Shown here: positions 13,755-27,384 of the stretch, in pieces | Numbering within the stretch: the first letter of the stretch is position 1 | Layout of the letters: the number at the start of each line of letters is the position of its first letter | Origin: Octopus vulgaris | Lineage: Eukaryota | Reading direction: 5' to 3' | Length of the DNA: 64,000 nt | NCBI GenBank assembly: GCA_951406725.2 | Contig: OX597816.1 | Coordinates: forward strand, 110,050,001-110,114,000 | Notes under the pieces: model-generated | Database searches by the model: none | The model's input: the letters and a program-made list of their open reading frames with translations, nothing else | What the model was told of the DNA's origin: nothing | Made by a program: the position numbers and the translations under genes

Positions 13755-14040
13755 ATAATAGTAAAATCAATAATAATCTTAAAAGGTAGCCAGTGCGGAA
13801 ATAAAAACCCTATGGGTAAATTTTACAAAATATTTTATAATTACATACATAATAATAACAAGGGAGCGGCTTTATGCCTCGCCCCTAACTGCAAGAAATA
13901 CCACCTTAAAATCTCTGAGTATAACACACTTTATTATTATTTATATAATTATAAAATATTTGGTAAAATTTACCTATAAGTTTTTTATTTCTGCATTGAC
14001 TACCTGGTAAAATTTTTATTGATTTTCCCCTTTATTATTA
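13755..14040. repeat. Diverged foldback element next to (TA)n
   Basis: aaaatcaataataat..aggtagccagtgcggaaataaaaa..tatgggtaaattttacaaaatattttataatta (13760-13860) is the inverted copy of 13930-14040. Spacer ~70 bp. Confidence 0.7.
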
Positions 14041-14478
14041 TAATGAACATTTGAAATTAAGTCACTCCATGATCGAAACTGCATTTACTGCGGTCTAGAT
14101 CTTAACATACTACACGTGGGTATATAAGAAAGATATGACTCACACTCGGCAGTATATTTTGCGAGTGTGGATTGATATTGGGCATGCGATGACGCTGGTC
14201 GCATGCATATTTTGGGATACTCGTGAACTTATATAGAGTATGCTGTTGAGAATAGTAAGTAAAATATTTTTTTTTGTTTAAGTTGGAAACGCGTACATAG
14301 TTAACCAGAGTTGTTGATTCATTATTTTTCTTTTGCTTGCCTACATTAAAGTGTGTTATTCTTGGAAATTTTAAGGTCGTAAAAAGAACTTTAGCGGCTT
14401 TTTATTGCGGTGCGTGTTGAGGCATAAAGGCGGATCCCTTGTTATAATTAGGTATATAATTATACGATATTGTGTATG

Positions 14479-14533
<55 letters not shown>

Positions 14534-16088
14534 TGTGTGTACTGACTGGCTATCTCTGTCCTAGCGAAATAGCCATATTTATAACTATTTTCTACCACAC
14601 TTCATCTCTGCCATGAAATTGGGTAAAAACACATATGTTTTCTTTGGGGAGTGGTTAACAAACCGTGAAAGAGACTGTCAGAAGACACACGCTCTCTCTT
14701 TCTCACCTATGAATAGCATACATAGATTGAGTTTATAGTGTAATCTCAATGAAGTGGCACCTTGTGAAGCGTGTATGCGTTTAACTTCTGATTTGTGTAG
14801 ATGTAGTTAAAGTCCTTTGTAGAGCACGACTTTTACATATCGCTGGATTAGTTAGTATTTTATATTGAGACTGCACATATGACAAATGTATAACTTCTTG
14901 TTGAGGCATAGATATTCTAACGCTTTCAACGAGTAGCTGAATGATTTCTGTATAATTAATTGACATATATCCAACTAGTTTAAACTGGGCCAGTCCCACG
15001 TTCCTGTTAGCTGATGGAGTGTTAGTAGGGGTTAGCTCCATCTGCTAGCAATGTATTGTATATAAAGGATGCAGAACGTCGCTTCGAAAACCAGATAACA
15101 GAGAATCTGCCTGGGGTGAAACTAGAAGTAGCATTCACCTGCCACTTTGATGTGATAACTGTTCACTTTTTAGTACATGTTACTACTGTATCTCATCTTC
15201 AGATTTTAAAACTAGTTACTTTGATAAAATAGTCTTTGAGGAGACTTTGTTGTCTATGTCTTTCTAAATAGTTTGGAAATGCTATGGTTTTCAAATAATT
15301 GTCATAGTCATGAGATAATAGACTATATATTTAACTTACTGCTTTTGGTATTTCGACAGACAAGAGTTCATAATAATCATATGGCAACCACTATTTTCTG
15401 TTGGTGCGGCACCCAAATAGGGATTGTTAACGTCTAGTTTATTATGTCAGCAAATCAAGTTCACTACTTATGTGTTATTAGCTTCCACTTATTGTAGTGC
15501 GTCAATCCTCTCAGGATCGTTGTAGCACAATTTATTCAATTATGCATTACACTGAAAGCAGTTGAATGAAAATGGTCCACATCTCGCAATTACATATGGC
15601 TCAAAATCAACTTTCCATCACTTTTGAAAGAATCGACTTGCAAAACTATAAATTTGTAGATAATCTATATTAGTGAAAGGGTGGAAAGGTTGCATTTTCT
15701 CTATAGAAATATACGAAGTTGCTTGTGAAAGTTTTTTTCATACATATGAGACCGAAATTATCGGAAATTTATCGTGTTGGGATTCAAAATTTTTTGTCTT
15801 CATTCATCTCTACACGCTCAAACTTTGGTCCGTTAAAGCGAAACGTGCTCTTACTAAGTGTTGTAAATCAATTAAGAAATATATTGGTGAACTATTCGAA
15901 ACAAACCTAGCGAAAATGGATTTTCGTCTTAGTATGGACGCCTTAAATTCAAGTGTCGGTTACATTATGAATAAGAGAATTCGAAAAATAATTCAATAGA
16001 TATTATCTACTAATAATAGCCACCTTCCTAGGTTTTTGTATTTTATGCACGTAACATTACATACATGAGAATATTACTCTTTCCAAAA

Positions 16089-16310
16089 GGCGGCAAGCTG
16101 GCAGAAACGTTAGCACGCCGGGCGAAATGCCTAGCAGTATTTCGTTCTGAGTTCAAATTCCACCGAGATCAACTTTGTCTTTCACCATTTCGGGGTCGAT
16201 TACATAAATACCAGTACATCATTGGGGTCGATATAATCCACTTAATCCCCTTGTCTGTCCTTGTTTGTCCCCTCTATGTTTAGCCCTCAGTGGACAATAA
16301 AGAAATAAAT
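16089..16310 (+). mobile_element. SINE family B
   Basis: ggcggcaagctggcagaaacgttagcacgccgggcgaaatgc...gagttcaaattcc...ggggtcgat...tttagccc...aataaagaaat. Confidence 0.85.
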
Positions 16311-16516
16311 ATTACTCTTTGCAAACAAAGTGATGCATATATCATGATCTGCATATGAAACTTGTATATATAAACATAGGTTGCATTTTCAATTATTTTA
16401 ATCATCAGCAAAATGAAGCTTTAAATGTAATATTTAAAATGATCCAGCATCTGATGAAATAAATAAAACCCTGGTTATCATCATAATTTTTTAGGCCAAT
16501 ATGTAGGGAAATGAAA

Positions 16517-16915
16517 GTGGCGAGCTGGTAGAAACGTTAGCATACCGGGCGAAATGCTTAGCAATATTTCGTCTGCCGCTACGTTCTGATTTCAAATTCC
16601 GCCGAGGTCGACTTTGCCTTTCATTCTTTCGGGGACGATTAAATAAGTACCAGTTACGCACTGGGGTCGATATAATCGACTTAATCCGTTTGTCTGTCCT
16701 TGTTTGTTCCCTTTGTGTTTAGCCCCTTGTGGGTAGTAAAAAAATAGGTATTTCGTCTGCTTTTACATTGTGAGTTCTAAATCCTCCGGGATCAACTTTG
16801 TCTTTCTTCTTTTCTGGGTCTATAAATTAAGTACCAGCTGCGTACTGGAGTTCATCTAATCGATTGGCTCCCTCCCCCAAAATGTTGGGCCTTGTGCCTA
16901 GAATAGAAAAGAATA
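16517..16915 (+). mobile_element. SINE family B, dimeric
   Basis: Full unit 16517-16745 followed by a second head-less unit (gtatttcgtctgc...) ending ccttgtgcctagaatagaaaagaata. Confidence 0.85.
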
Positions 16916-17160
16916 TGTCGGGAAATGTCAATAGGTTTTCCTAAATTTTTATGGATTTTTCTGCATTAATGCAAAGATAGATAAATTCTTTAGTACAGTT
17001 TACGTTCCAATGTTAACAATACTCAAAGTAAATTCCGCTCCTGAGAATTTCAAACGGTGTAGAATTTTAAAGCACATGACAAACAATTGAATCAAAATGC
17101 GTATCAGCTCCAAAGGTTCAATAAAACAAGAAAATACGATTAAACAGTTATATTTCTATC

Positions 17161-17242
<82 letters not shown>

Positions 17243-18083
17243 TTATTTATCTATTTATCTATCTACATGCATACATACATGAATGCACACACAAACATGT
17301 ATATATATTATTAGTATCATTAATGGGCGTGTATAAGAATATAATAACGGCATAGTGTGTATTATATCCTATTACGTACAACTGATTACTATTACTATAC
17401 ATACAATGTGTACAATCCACTTAGTATTTGATGTTAGGAAAGAAAACCAGACACTACAAAACAAACCATGATACACCGACTGAATTGTTTCTCAAAAAAT
17501 TATAAAAAAACAGTTTAATGTAATAGGCTTCTGTATCTTGTCAGTACAAGGCAAACAATGAAATAGTTTGACGCATATTTCACAAATTTATTTAAATATG
17601 AAGGAAATGTAAGACGAATAATATTGATAGAGCTGCATAGTATATAAATCAGACTCGGCAACGACAAAGCTAAAGGAGATCTGACATTTAAAAGTACAGA
17701 TAAATATATAATTGTGTAAGGAATAAAGTGCTAAATAGATAGAGTTTACAGGCTGGACGAAAAAAAGGATATTTGGTTGAATGTATGCACATACATACAT
17801 ACATCTCCCTCTCTCTCTCTCTCTCTCTGTATATATATATATATATAATTGACCACTAGCTACAAAATATTTTTTTATTCTCTGTTTGTATATTTGCTCG
17901 TATTCCTTTCTGTTTACGAACGTAGGCTCGAAACGTAAAATACTTTCTCATCTTCCCGTACGTTAAACGAATATACCTGTCTTCGCCTTTGTATTTCTGT
18001 AAATTAAAACTTTATATATATATATATATATATGTGTGTGTATGTGTGTGTGTGTATGCATGCATATTCACACCTACACACAC

Positions 18084-18120
<37 letters not shown>

Positions 18121-18611
18121 CATACATGCACAAATGCTTTTGTGTTTATACGTTGCTACTTTATCCATGCACATTTATATACGAGTGTGTATCTCAATGT
18201 GTCTATATAATGTTTTATGCGTGTTCATCGGTATATAATACTCTACTTGTGTATTAAACTGCGTTTCCTTCTTGCCAATGTGTTTACTTTCAGATTGTTA
18301 ATATAAAATTTCCAAGTATTTGATCCTTGATTTTTTTTTTCCAATTGTACATTAAGTAGTCATGTGTGAAGGTCACACATTATTGGCAACTTTATTGATT
18401 TAAGTACAATATAATTATATTAAGCACTTTTCTATGAAATATATTTGATTCTACGTAATGGTTTACCCTATAGAAACGTAAGTAAAAATCGAAATAATAC
18501 GAAAGATCACTACAGATCTTTCATTCTGGGAGAAATTTTGTGAATTCACACACATACGCACACACATGCCCACACAGAAAGAATTTATAATTTGCCTAGA
18601 ATACATATATA

Positions 18612-19030
18612 GGCCCAAGCGTGTGTGTGTAGTAAGAAGTTTGCTTCTCACCACATGGTTCCGGGTTTAATCCCACCGCATGGTAGCTCGGTCATGTGTC
18701 TTCTACTCGAGACTGCGATTGACCAAAGCGTTGTGAGTGTATTTCGTAGACGGAAACTGAAAGAATCCCGTCGTATATATATGTCTGTGTTTGCGTGTGA
18801 GCGTGGCTGTGTATGCTTGTGTGTCGCTGTTTCTGTTTATTCTTCCCCTACTGCTTGACAACCGGTGTTGGTCGTTTTATGTTCCTGTTACCTAGCGGTT
18901 CACTAAAATAAGCCGTTGGAAGAAGTACCAAGCTTGTACTGGTGTCAATTCAATCGTCTACAATTGTTCAAGTCGTTGCTCCTGCATGGCCGCAGTTTAT
19001 TGACTGAAAGGTGTATGAGATAAAAGTTAA
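18612..19030 (+). mobile_element. SINE family A, older diverged copy
   Basis: ccacatggttccgggttt...gacggaaactgaaagaatcccgtcg...gcttgacaaccggtgttgg...gcatggccgcagtttattgactgaaa. Confidence 0.8.
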
Positions 19031-19379
19031 AGTATATATACGTTAAAATAATGCGTGATTTGCCTACTAGGATTCTGAGAAATTACTTGTTTGTAGGGAA
19101 TATCGTACGCACAATATCTAACACCACGGGATTCAATTTCTCATTTTTCTCTAATGGATTTTTCGTTTATATGGTGCTAAAAGTATAATATATTAAAGGC
19201 AAATGAAGTGATAACGTACTGCGATAATTTCTGAATTCGAAGATTGGAAACTGTCAGTAAAATCTAGAAAAGCTGGGTAGAAATGTACGGGTCTAATTCG
19301 AAGACCATAACAATATACAATAGGAACACTAAAACAACTAAAATTTTATACATAATAATACATAATTCGTCCGTTTTTA

Positions 19380-19975
19380 AGTTCTGATTATAAAGTGCGC
19401 CGAAGTCGACTTTGTCTTTCGTCATTTGAATAAAATAATTACCTGCTGAACGCTGGGTTTAATGTAATAGACTTATATGCCTCCTCGAACTTGATGGGAT
19501 TGAACCAAAGTTTGAAACTAATATAAAATAATTAAATATATGAAATATATGTAATATATAACAATAACTAAACATATAATAATAAATCAATAATAATCCT
19601 CCGAACAACATGAACAGTGCTAAAATTTTGGGGAGAATGTACGTGACAATGCCTAGAATTTTGATTATGTTGACCTTCGGGGATTACTGCTAGTAATTTT
19701 TACGAGCCTGAAAGAATTAGTGGCAAAGAAGATCTCGTAGGAATTTAAACACAGAATATACAGATGAACGAATGCTAGCACGCCGCCTTTCAAAATGCAT
19801 TATGATAATACTGGCCCAAAATCAGCAGTTCCAGGGGAGAGTTACATGGACACCAGTAACTTTATAAGGCCAAGTCGACCTCGGTGGAATCTGAACTCAG
19901 AACATCAAGATGGACGAAATGCCGCTAAACATATTGTGCGGTGTGCTAACGATTCTGGCACCTTGCCAACTTAGA
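19380..19975. mobile_element. Cluster of degenerate SINE family B fragments (both orientations)
   Basis: gccgaagtcgactttgtctttc (+, ~19400) and aagtcgacctcggtggaatctgaactcagaac...gtgctaacgattctggca (-, 19870-19970). Confidence 0.65.
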
Positions 19976-20099
19976 AGATGTATAATGATAATATTAATGA
20001 TAATGATAAAGCTATATGTAAATTAGAAAGTAAAAGAAAAATATCCTTCTGGAATATACGAACCAATACCTGCGGTTTCAAAGCATGGAAAACGCTAGA

Positions 20100-20830
20100 T
20101 AACTTACTTAGATATGTAGCATGTCAAAGCCTTTGCTGACAACTAAACGAATACAAAAATCTCCACGATAGGGCAGGAGAGTATTTACATTGGAAACTAT
20201 GTAAACAGTACAAAATCAGCAGTCCTGCTTACTAGTATGAACATCATCCCGAGTCAGTCGCTGAAGGAAAAAAATGTCACTAAGCTGAGGGCTTTTCTAC
20301 TCAACACTGACAGAACGATCAAGGCTAATCAACTCGACATGATTATTAAAGACAAGGAAAAAAATCGTTGTACACTAATAGATATAATCTTTTCCACTGT
20401 AAGGGAATTCGACAAACTGGGTAAATGTAAGGACCTGGAAATTGAAATAAAAAAGATGTGGCATCTTAAAGCGAAAAGTGTTTCTGTTATTATAGTTGCC
20501 CTAGGTATGATAAAAATGGGATTTCAGGAACATCTAGATAAGTTCCCAGAAAAAATATGTCTCAGAGAAAGCCAAAAGATTGTACTGACATGTATGCCCA
20601 CTTACTTAGAAAAACTTTATCCATTTAAATGTCTATGTTGTATTCCATGAGGGTATTTTGTTTACTTCCCCATCTCCAAGCTTTCAGTCATAATGTAACA
20701 ACTCATATTCTTCACTCACCCCAGGACGCAGGGTGTGTCTCGGCAAGTGACTGTAACAAACATGCAGATCAAAAGTAAAATGATGATTATAATAATAATA
20801 ATAATAATAATAATAAGATTAATAATAATT
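20100..20830 (+). mobile_element. R4/Dong-type non-LTR retrotransposon 3' fragment (RLE domain), old
   Basis: HDRAGEYLHWKLCK; TDRTIKANQLDMIIKDK..CTLIDI; KLGKCKDLEIEIKKMWHLK..VIIVALGMIK. (AAT)n tail at ~20790-20830. Confidence 0.85.
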
Positions 20831-20899
20831 TTGGTAGAAAGAAACAGAAAGAAGATGCGTGATAATCAACATAGCATGCTTCGGTGAACATTGGATGAA

Positions 20900-21225
20900 A
20901 GAGAAAGAAAACGAGAAACTAAACAGCTATGAGGATCTGGAGTAGGAAATACGAAGGTTGGGGTCAATGAGGATAGTAGATATGGTACCAATTGTAATTG
21001 GCACATTTGGAATTATCAGTATTTAACTACCATTATAGTTCAAAAAGATTAGTACAAATGCAGGCCGAAGAGAATTAACATCAGTAGAAGACTGCGTGGA
21101 ATTAGCTGGAGTAAATATAGATACCGATAGTAACCGGTGCACTTGGAAGTACCAGCATGGCTCAAAGAGATTGGTACAAATGTACAGATAGAACACCGAC
21201 AAAAATCAGCATTGCTTGGAACTTT
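20900..21225 (+). mobile_element. Degenerate R4/Dong-type RLE C-terminal fragments
   Basis: YEDLE*EIRRL..MRIVDMVPIVIGTFG, then a second IPIVTGALG...QKSALLGT segment. Confidence 0.6.
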
Positions 21226-21227
21226 GG

Positions 21228-22882
21228 ATCAGCCACGTTTTTTATATGAATGACCTAAAACTATACGCTGCAAATGACTAACAGCTGGAAACACTATTAA
21301 AGACAGTTCATGGATTTACCAAAGAAATAGATATGAAATTTGGATTAGAAAAATGCGCCAAAGTAACCATGAAAAGAGGAAAACTAGTTAAGAGTAGCAA
21401 CATCACACTAGATAAAACCAATGAAATAAAAGAATTAGACCAAAGCCAAACTTACAAATACTTAGGAATCCATGAACTAGATAAGACACAACACACACAA
21501 ATGAAAGAGAAAATAAAAAAGAATATTATAGACGAGTTAGATCAATACTAAAAACAGAGCTCAATGCTAAAAGCAAGATAATAGGTATTAACACTTTAGC
21601 TGTCCCAGTTATAAGTTACAGCTACAATATCCTTAACTGGACACTAAATGAACTGACCAAAATAGATAGGAAAACAAGAAAAATAATGACAGGGTCTAGG
21701 ATGCATCACCCAAAATCTGACATAGAAAGACTATATATACAACGTATAGAAGGTGGTAGAGGCCTTATACAACTGGAAAACTACTATAAAATAACCACCA
21801 TAGGACTGCAAAAATATCTACTTCAGAAAGAAGGAAAACTGATACAAATAGCGGCAAAACACAAGCAAAACAAAAAACTGTTCTCAGTATTTAAGGAAGC
21901 TGACAATTACAAACAAGAAATCATACCATCTAATAAATATGAAGAAGAAGATGAAGAAACAACAAAAGCTATAAAACAATTGAAATCCAAACTAAAAATA
22001 GAACAGCAACGAACCATGATAAAACGATGGCAAGAAAAGCCCCTTCATGGTAAATACTGGACTAAACTAAACGCAAAAGGAATAGACAAAGAAAAATCTC
22101 AGCAATGGTTGAGAAGCTCAGGACTCAACGCAGAAACAGAGGGATTTTTAATTGCAGCACAAGACCAAAGCCTCCCCACCAGAAATTACCAAAAACATGT
22201 AATGAAAAGAAATATAACAAATACCTGCAGAATATGTGGAGATGGACAAGAAACAATAAATCATATTATCTCTAGCTGCCCAGTCCTGGCTAAGAAGGAA
22301 TATATTCACAGACATGACAGAGTTGGGACCTACATACATTGGAAGCTATGCCAAAATTATGGAATAACAACAGAAAAAAGATGGTATAGGCACACACCAG
22401 AAAAGGTCACAGAAAACGAGAAAGCAACCATACTCTGGGATATGCCGATACACACAGATAGAGAAATTAAGGCCAACAGGCCAGATATAGTTGTTAGAGA
22501 TCATGAAGTAAAAAAATGCTTTCTAATTGATGTATCAATACCGGCAGATGACAACGTGTCTCTGAAAGAAATGGAAATAGAGGTAACCAGAATGTGGAAT
22601 CTGAAAACAGAAGCAATTCCTATCATAGTAGGTGCATAAGGCATGATAAAAAAAATATTCAGACAAATACATAACAAAAACACCAGGACTTACAAACACA
22701 TATAACATACAGAAAATTGCACTACTAGGCACTGCACACATCCTACGCAGAACACTTTCCATACAGTAACCATCAGAGCATCACAAAAAATCACAGCACA
22801 TACCCAAGGCACACAGAGCTGCGCTCGGTAGTGAAGTGAAAGCACGCTATAAAAATAAAACTACGGAATAATAATAATAATA
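21228..22882 (+). mobile_element. R4/Dong-type non-LTR retrotransposon, 5'-truncated, relatively young pseudogene
   Basis: RT end (ISHVFYMNDLKLYA..MKFGLEKC), HPKSDIERLY..GGRGL, CCHC knuckle CRICGDGQETINHIISSC, RHD, RLE ANRPDIVVRD..LIDVSIP. Frameshift at ~21515, deletion removing the K..KY motif at ~22570, stop at 22637, (AAT)n tail. Confidence 0.92.
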
Positions 22883-24115
22883 CTATTTTGAATATCCACT
22901 GTATGTTGTTGGGATCGACGCTTCAACACATTTAATTACGATTTTCTTGAATAATCACAATCTAAACAGAACATTGTAGAATATATTCTAAGGAGAAAAA
23001 TAGTATCAATAATAATAATATGAAGATGTTTTATTTCTTACGATATTCATTTCCCAAATAGCATATATTAACAGGACGAGAGAACAACAATAGACCTTGT
23101 ACAATAAAGCAGATCAAAGCGAAATTAAGTGGATGGTGCATGGCCTTGGTTTTTAATAAACCTCCCTGGATATTGAGACGATATAAAATATATATTAACG
23201 ATTGAGGTAGTTTTAATACCGAGAGTTAATATCCATACCCACATAAACGTGGCTGTTTCATTAAAACAAACTTTTCTGCGGTAGTTATGGTAAGAGAAAT
23301 CCTTATATTGGTATTTTGGTGCAAAGTGCACTCTTCTTTATATCGCTAGTAGTGAAGTACTACTACCTCCAGCGCCGAGACCACTAGTTCACTTGGTTTC
23401 GACCTTGTTTGGTCTTGTGAATGATGGATACTCGATCTTGAGACAACAGTGATTCATCACCCCACCAATGATATATAGAATGACTGTGTTAGAAAAGGCG
23501 CTGCTGTTGCGATTAGCCAGTTAAGTTTTTAAAACATCTATATTAGCGACAAAAGCAGTATCAATATAGCGAAATAATATTTATCCCCACTTAAATGTGG
23601 ATGCTCTATTAGAATGACCTTACAACGGTAGCTACCGTGAGAGAAATTCTCATATTGGCTTTCTGCAGTAAAATGCACACTTCTTTATATCGCTAGCGGA
23701 GAGATAACACACTGCAGATGATATAACTAATTCAAGCCTAAATATCTAGGGTTCTATGCTCGCAGAAAATGTGAAATAGTGGTTATACTCCTGTAACAAA
23801 CCCAAATGCTACTCAAGGCTCCCAGTCACAATGCTGATGGTGCTTTATCGGACAAAGTGTTAAACTGACACCTCTTGTAATATTAGAAACTATATAGCCT
23901 TCTGTAGTATTGTTTACCATTCAGTAAATTTTCGGTGTAAAGTATGATAATGTGAGTATCGCAGAATCAAAATATTGACTCACGGGATGAGTTGAGATCA
24001 GCCTTCATCAAGTTAACCAGGGACAAAACGTCAATTAGTAACATGACAGTAATCGCATTTTAAATCGGGGTTAATATTCTCCAGTGTGGTCTTAAGTATT
24101 TTCAGAGTATAACGT

Positions 24116-24154
<39 letters not shown>

Positions 24155-24915
24155 GACAGAGAGAGAAAAGAGAGAGAGATGTGGCTATTAATGATTGCAG
24201 GCCGAATATTGTAATAATCCATTGTATAGTCAAAGTGCAGGCCGGCATAAATGGCTCTGTAAAATGTATTTTAAAATGGAAGAAGCCTGACAAATTTCCT
24301 TGCACATCTTTCAGATTTGCCTAAACAGAGACATTAGAGAGTAACATATTTCGTATATTTTAACATTGAAAAGCCTCACAGGCAGGTGACATTAGTTGAG
24401 CCAATGCCCAGTGTCTACATCAATATTTCTATAAACGCAGGAGCGATGGGGTTCTCGGTGAAAGCAGACGATGATCTGAATCGTTCCAAAACGTGAACTT
24501 TGGAAAGTCCCCCCACCACCTCCAATGACTGATGTGTGTGATGCTGGAATTAATTAAAAGTAGAAAGTTAAACCAGTGAATATCAAACAGAAGATTCGTT
24601 ATGATTAGTCATTGGCAAGAGACCGAATGATAAACAATAGCAAGTCTTAATATTTTCGACGAGTTGAGGCTTATACCGTACAGATAAGTATGTGCCATAA
24701 ATTACCAGTAATAAATTGTATACAGAACAGTGATAACAATTTTAATTACGTTGTAATGAACATAGGTTTCGTATCGATTGTTGGATAAACTATATATTGG
24801 GATCTTAATCATCCACACATGCATTACATTACAATGCATACATAGATTCATACATACATATATATACACAAACACACATACACACATATTTATGCAAATG
24901 TATACATTTATATAT

Positions 24916-24947
<32 letters not shown>

Positions 24948-25024
24948 CCAACATAATCTATCTATATATATACGCGTATATGTATATGTACATACATACA
25001 TACATACAATTTTTTTTTTTTTTT

Positions 25025-25166
<142 letters not shown>

Positions 25167-25407
25167 GTAACACCGCATTGTTGGATGCAGATTCTTTATT
25201 TGTGTATTAATGCTACCATTGGGTTCACATAACAAAATGTCTTAACAATTTTTGAAGGCAATCAATTGGTGAAATTTGTTTTTGTGAAAAAAAATGAGAT
25301 GAACACCAATTTCTCCATGTGATCAGCTTGAAAATCGTTAAGATATTTTCTTAACATGAAAGCAATGGTGGTCTCAATAAATAAAGTACATATGTATGTA
25401 TGTATGC

Positions 25408-25480
<73 letters not shown>

Positions 25481-26266
25481 TATGTATGTACGTATGTATG
25501 TGTGTTCGTGTGTATGTGTGTGTGTAAATATGTATATATGTATGTCTGTATATATGATATCAATGGGTCAGTCGATTGATCATGCTACAAGCAGATGGTT
25601 ATTCTCTAGCTTAAGCATAGCTGGTATACAAAATAATGATGACCCGATAATTAATTAATAGAATAATTTCTAATTAATACATGTAATGCAGTTCCTTCTA
25701 AGTAGAAATTAGACGGAAAATGTCGTTGACTGTTGCTATAAAACTGTACGTAAATATGTATGTATATAAATAGATTCATGTGTGTATGTATTCGTACGAG
25801 TGTTTATGAAGAACTTTCCAGTCTAGAGATGCCTACACAATCATCCTTCTCTACTCTACTTTTGCCCGGTGCCACCTTAAGTACTGTTGCTCACTCATTA
25901 TGGGAGTAGAAACAGAGACGGCATGAGAGGCACTGATTATTGTGGTCGACTAAAAAAACGCAATCTCTACTGTCGGTAACGCTACATCGTTTGTGTTATG
26001 TGGAACATATTCCATCAGTATTGCACAAATGCTGTTGGCATCAATTTTAAAATCAATCCAAGACATCGCCCCCATGCTATACGCCCACTACAAAAATCGA
26101 ACTCGGTACACATAGCAACATTACCTCACAGTTCCTTTACCTCAATCGGTCCACACAAAACTACAGAGTGAGGTATGTTTATCCATGTTTGACTAAAAGT
26201 TTTCACCAGGTGGTGGTAATGAGTTAGACATGGCCTGGGCCTATACTGGCCGAAAACTATCAAAGT

Positions 26267-26893
<627 letters not shown>

Positions 26894-27384
26894 CAAAACA
26901 CTTTGATTCATATATTTCCAGTAGCCAGTGGCGAAAGGATCCATAAAGGACCTGCGAAAGTTGAAGTACCAAATATGTTGAGAGCCCTTTCTTTTGTTTG
27001 TCCACTCATTCATATATTTATATCATGGATATACACTCAGACAAACACACGCATATGTATATATTTATATATGAATATTTGCAAGAATATATACGCATCC
27101 GTTTGATTACGTTTGTTACGTCTTGTTATAGCTGGGTAATAATGGATTCCTTCTTATCTAGTAGATTTCTTTAACGGTGATATCCATATATTATCAGATT
27201 TATGAAATATTTATTCGCTGCAGGGTTTCAAATGCCATGCGTTTGAAATTACATACATATCACTATATGCTGACGCAGATGCTTATATCCTATGTGATAT
27301 AAAACAGAATACATAAATAAATAAAGATGTTGAGCAAAAGACGATATGTGAAATTTTAATGTTTCTCTGATAGACTGACATATA

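Noticed and set aside
17895-17945. Hammerhead-like cgtaggctcGAAAcgTA in a TA-flanked repeat
   Set aside because: The core is degenerate (tttacga) and helix I is not convincing in this copy.
23320-23700. ~28-bp direct repeat aaa.tgcac.cttctttatatcgctag spaced ~345 bp apart
   Set aside because: Only two imperfect copies and no further structure; not an array.
26220-26265. ggcc...ggccGAAAactaTC before a (TA)n tract
   Set aside because: The upstream core (ttagaca) does not match and there is no helix I.
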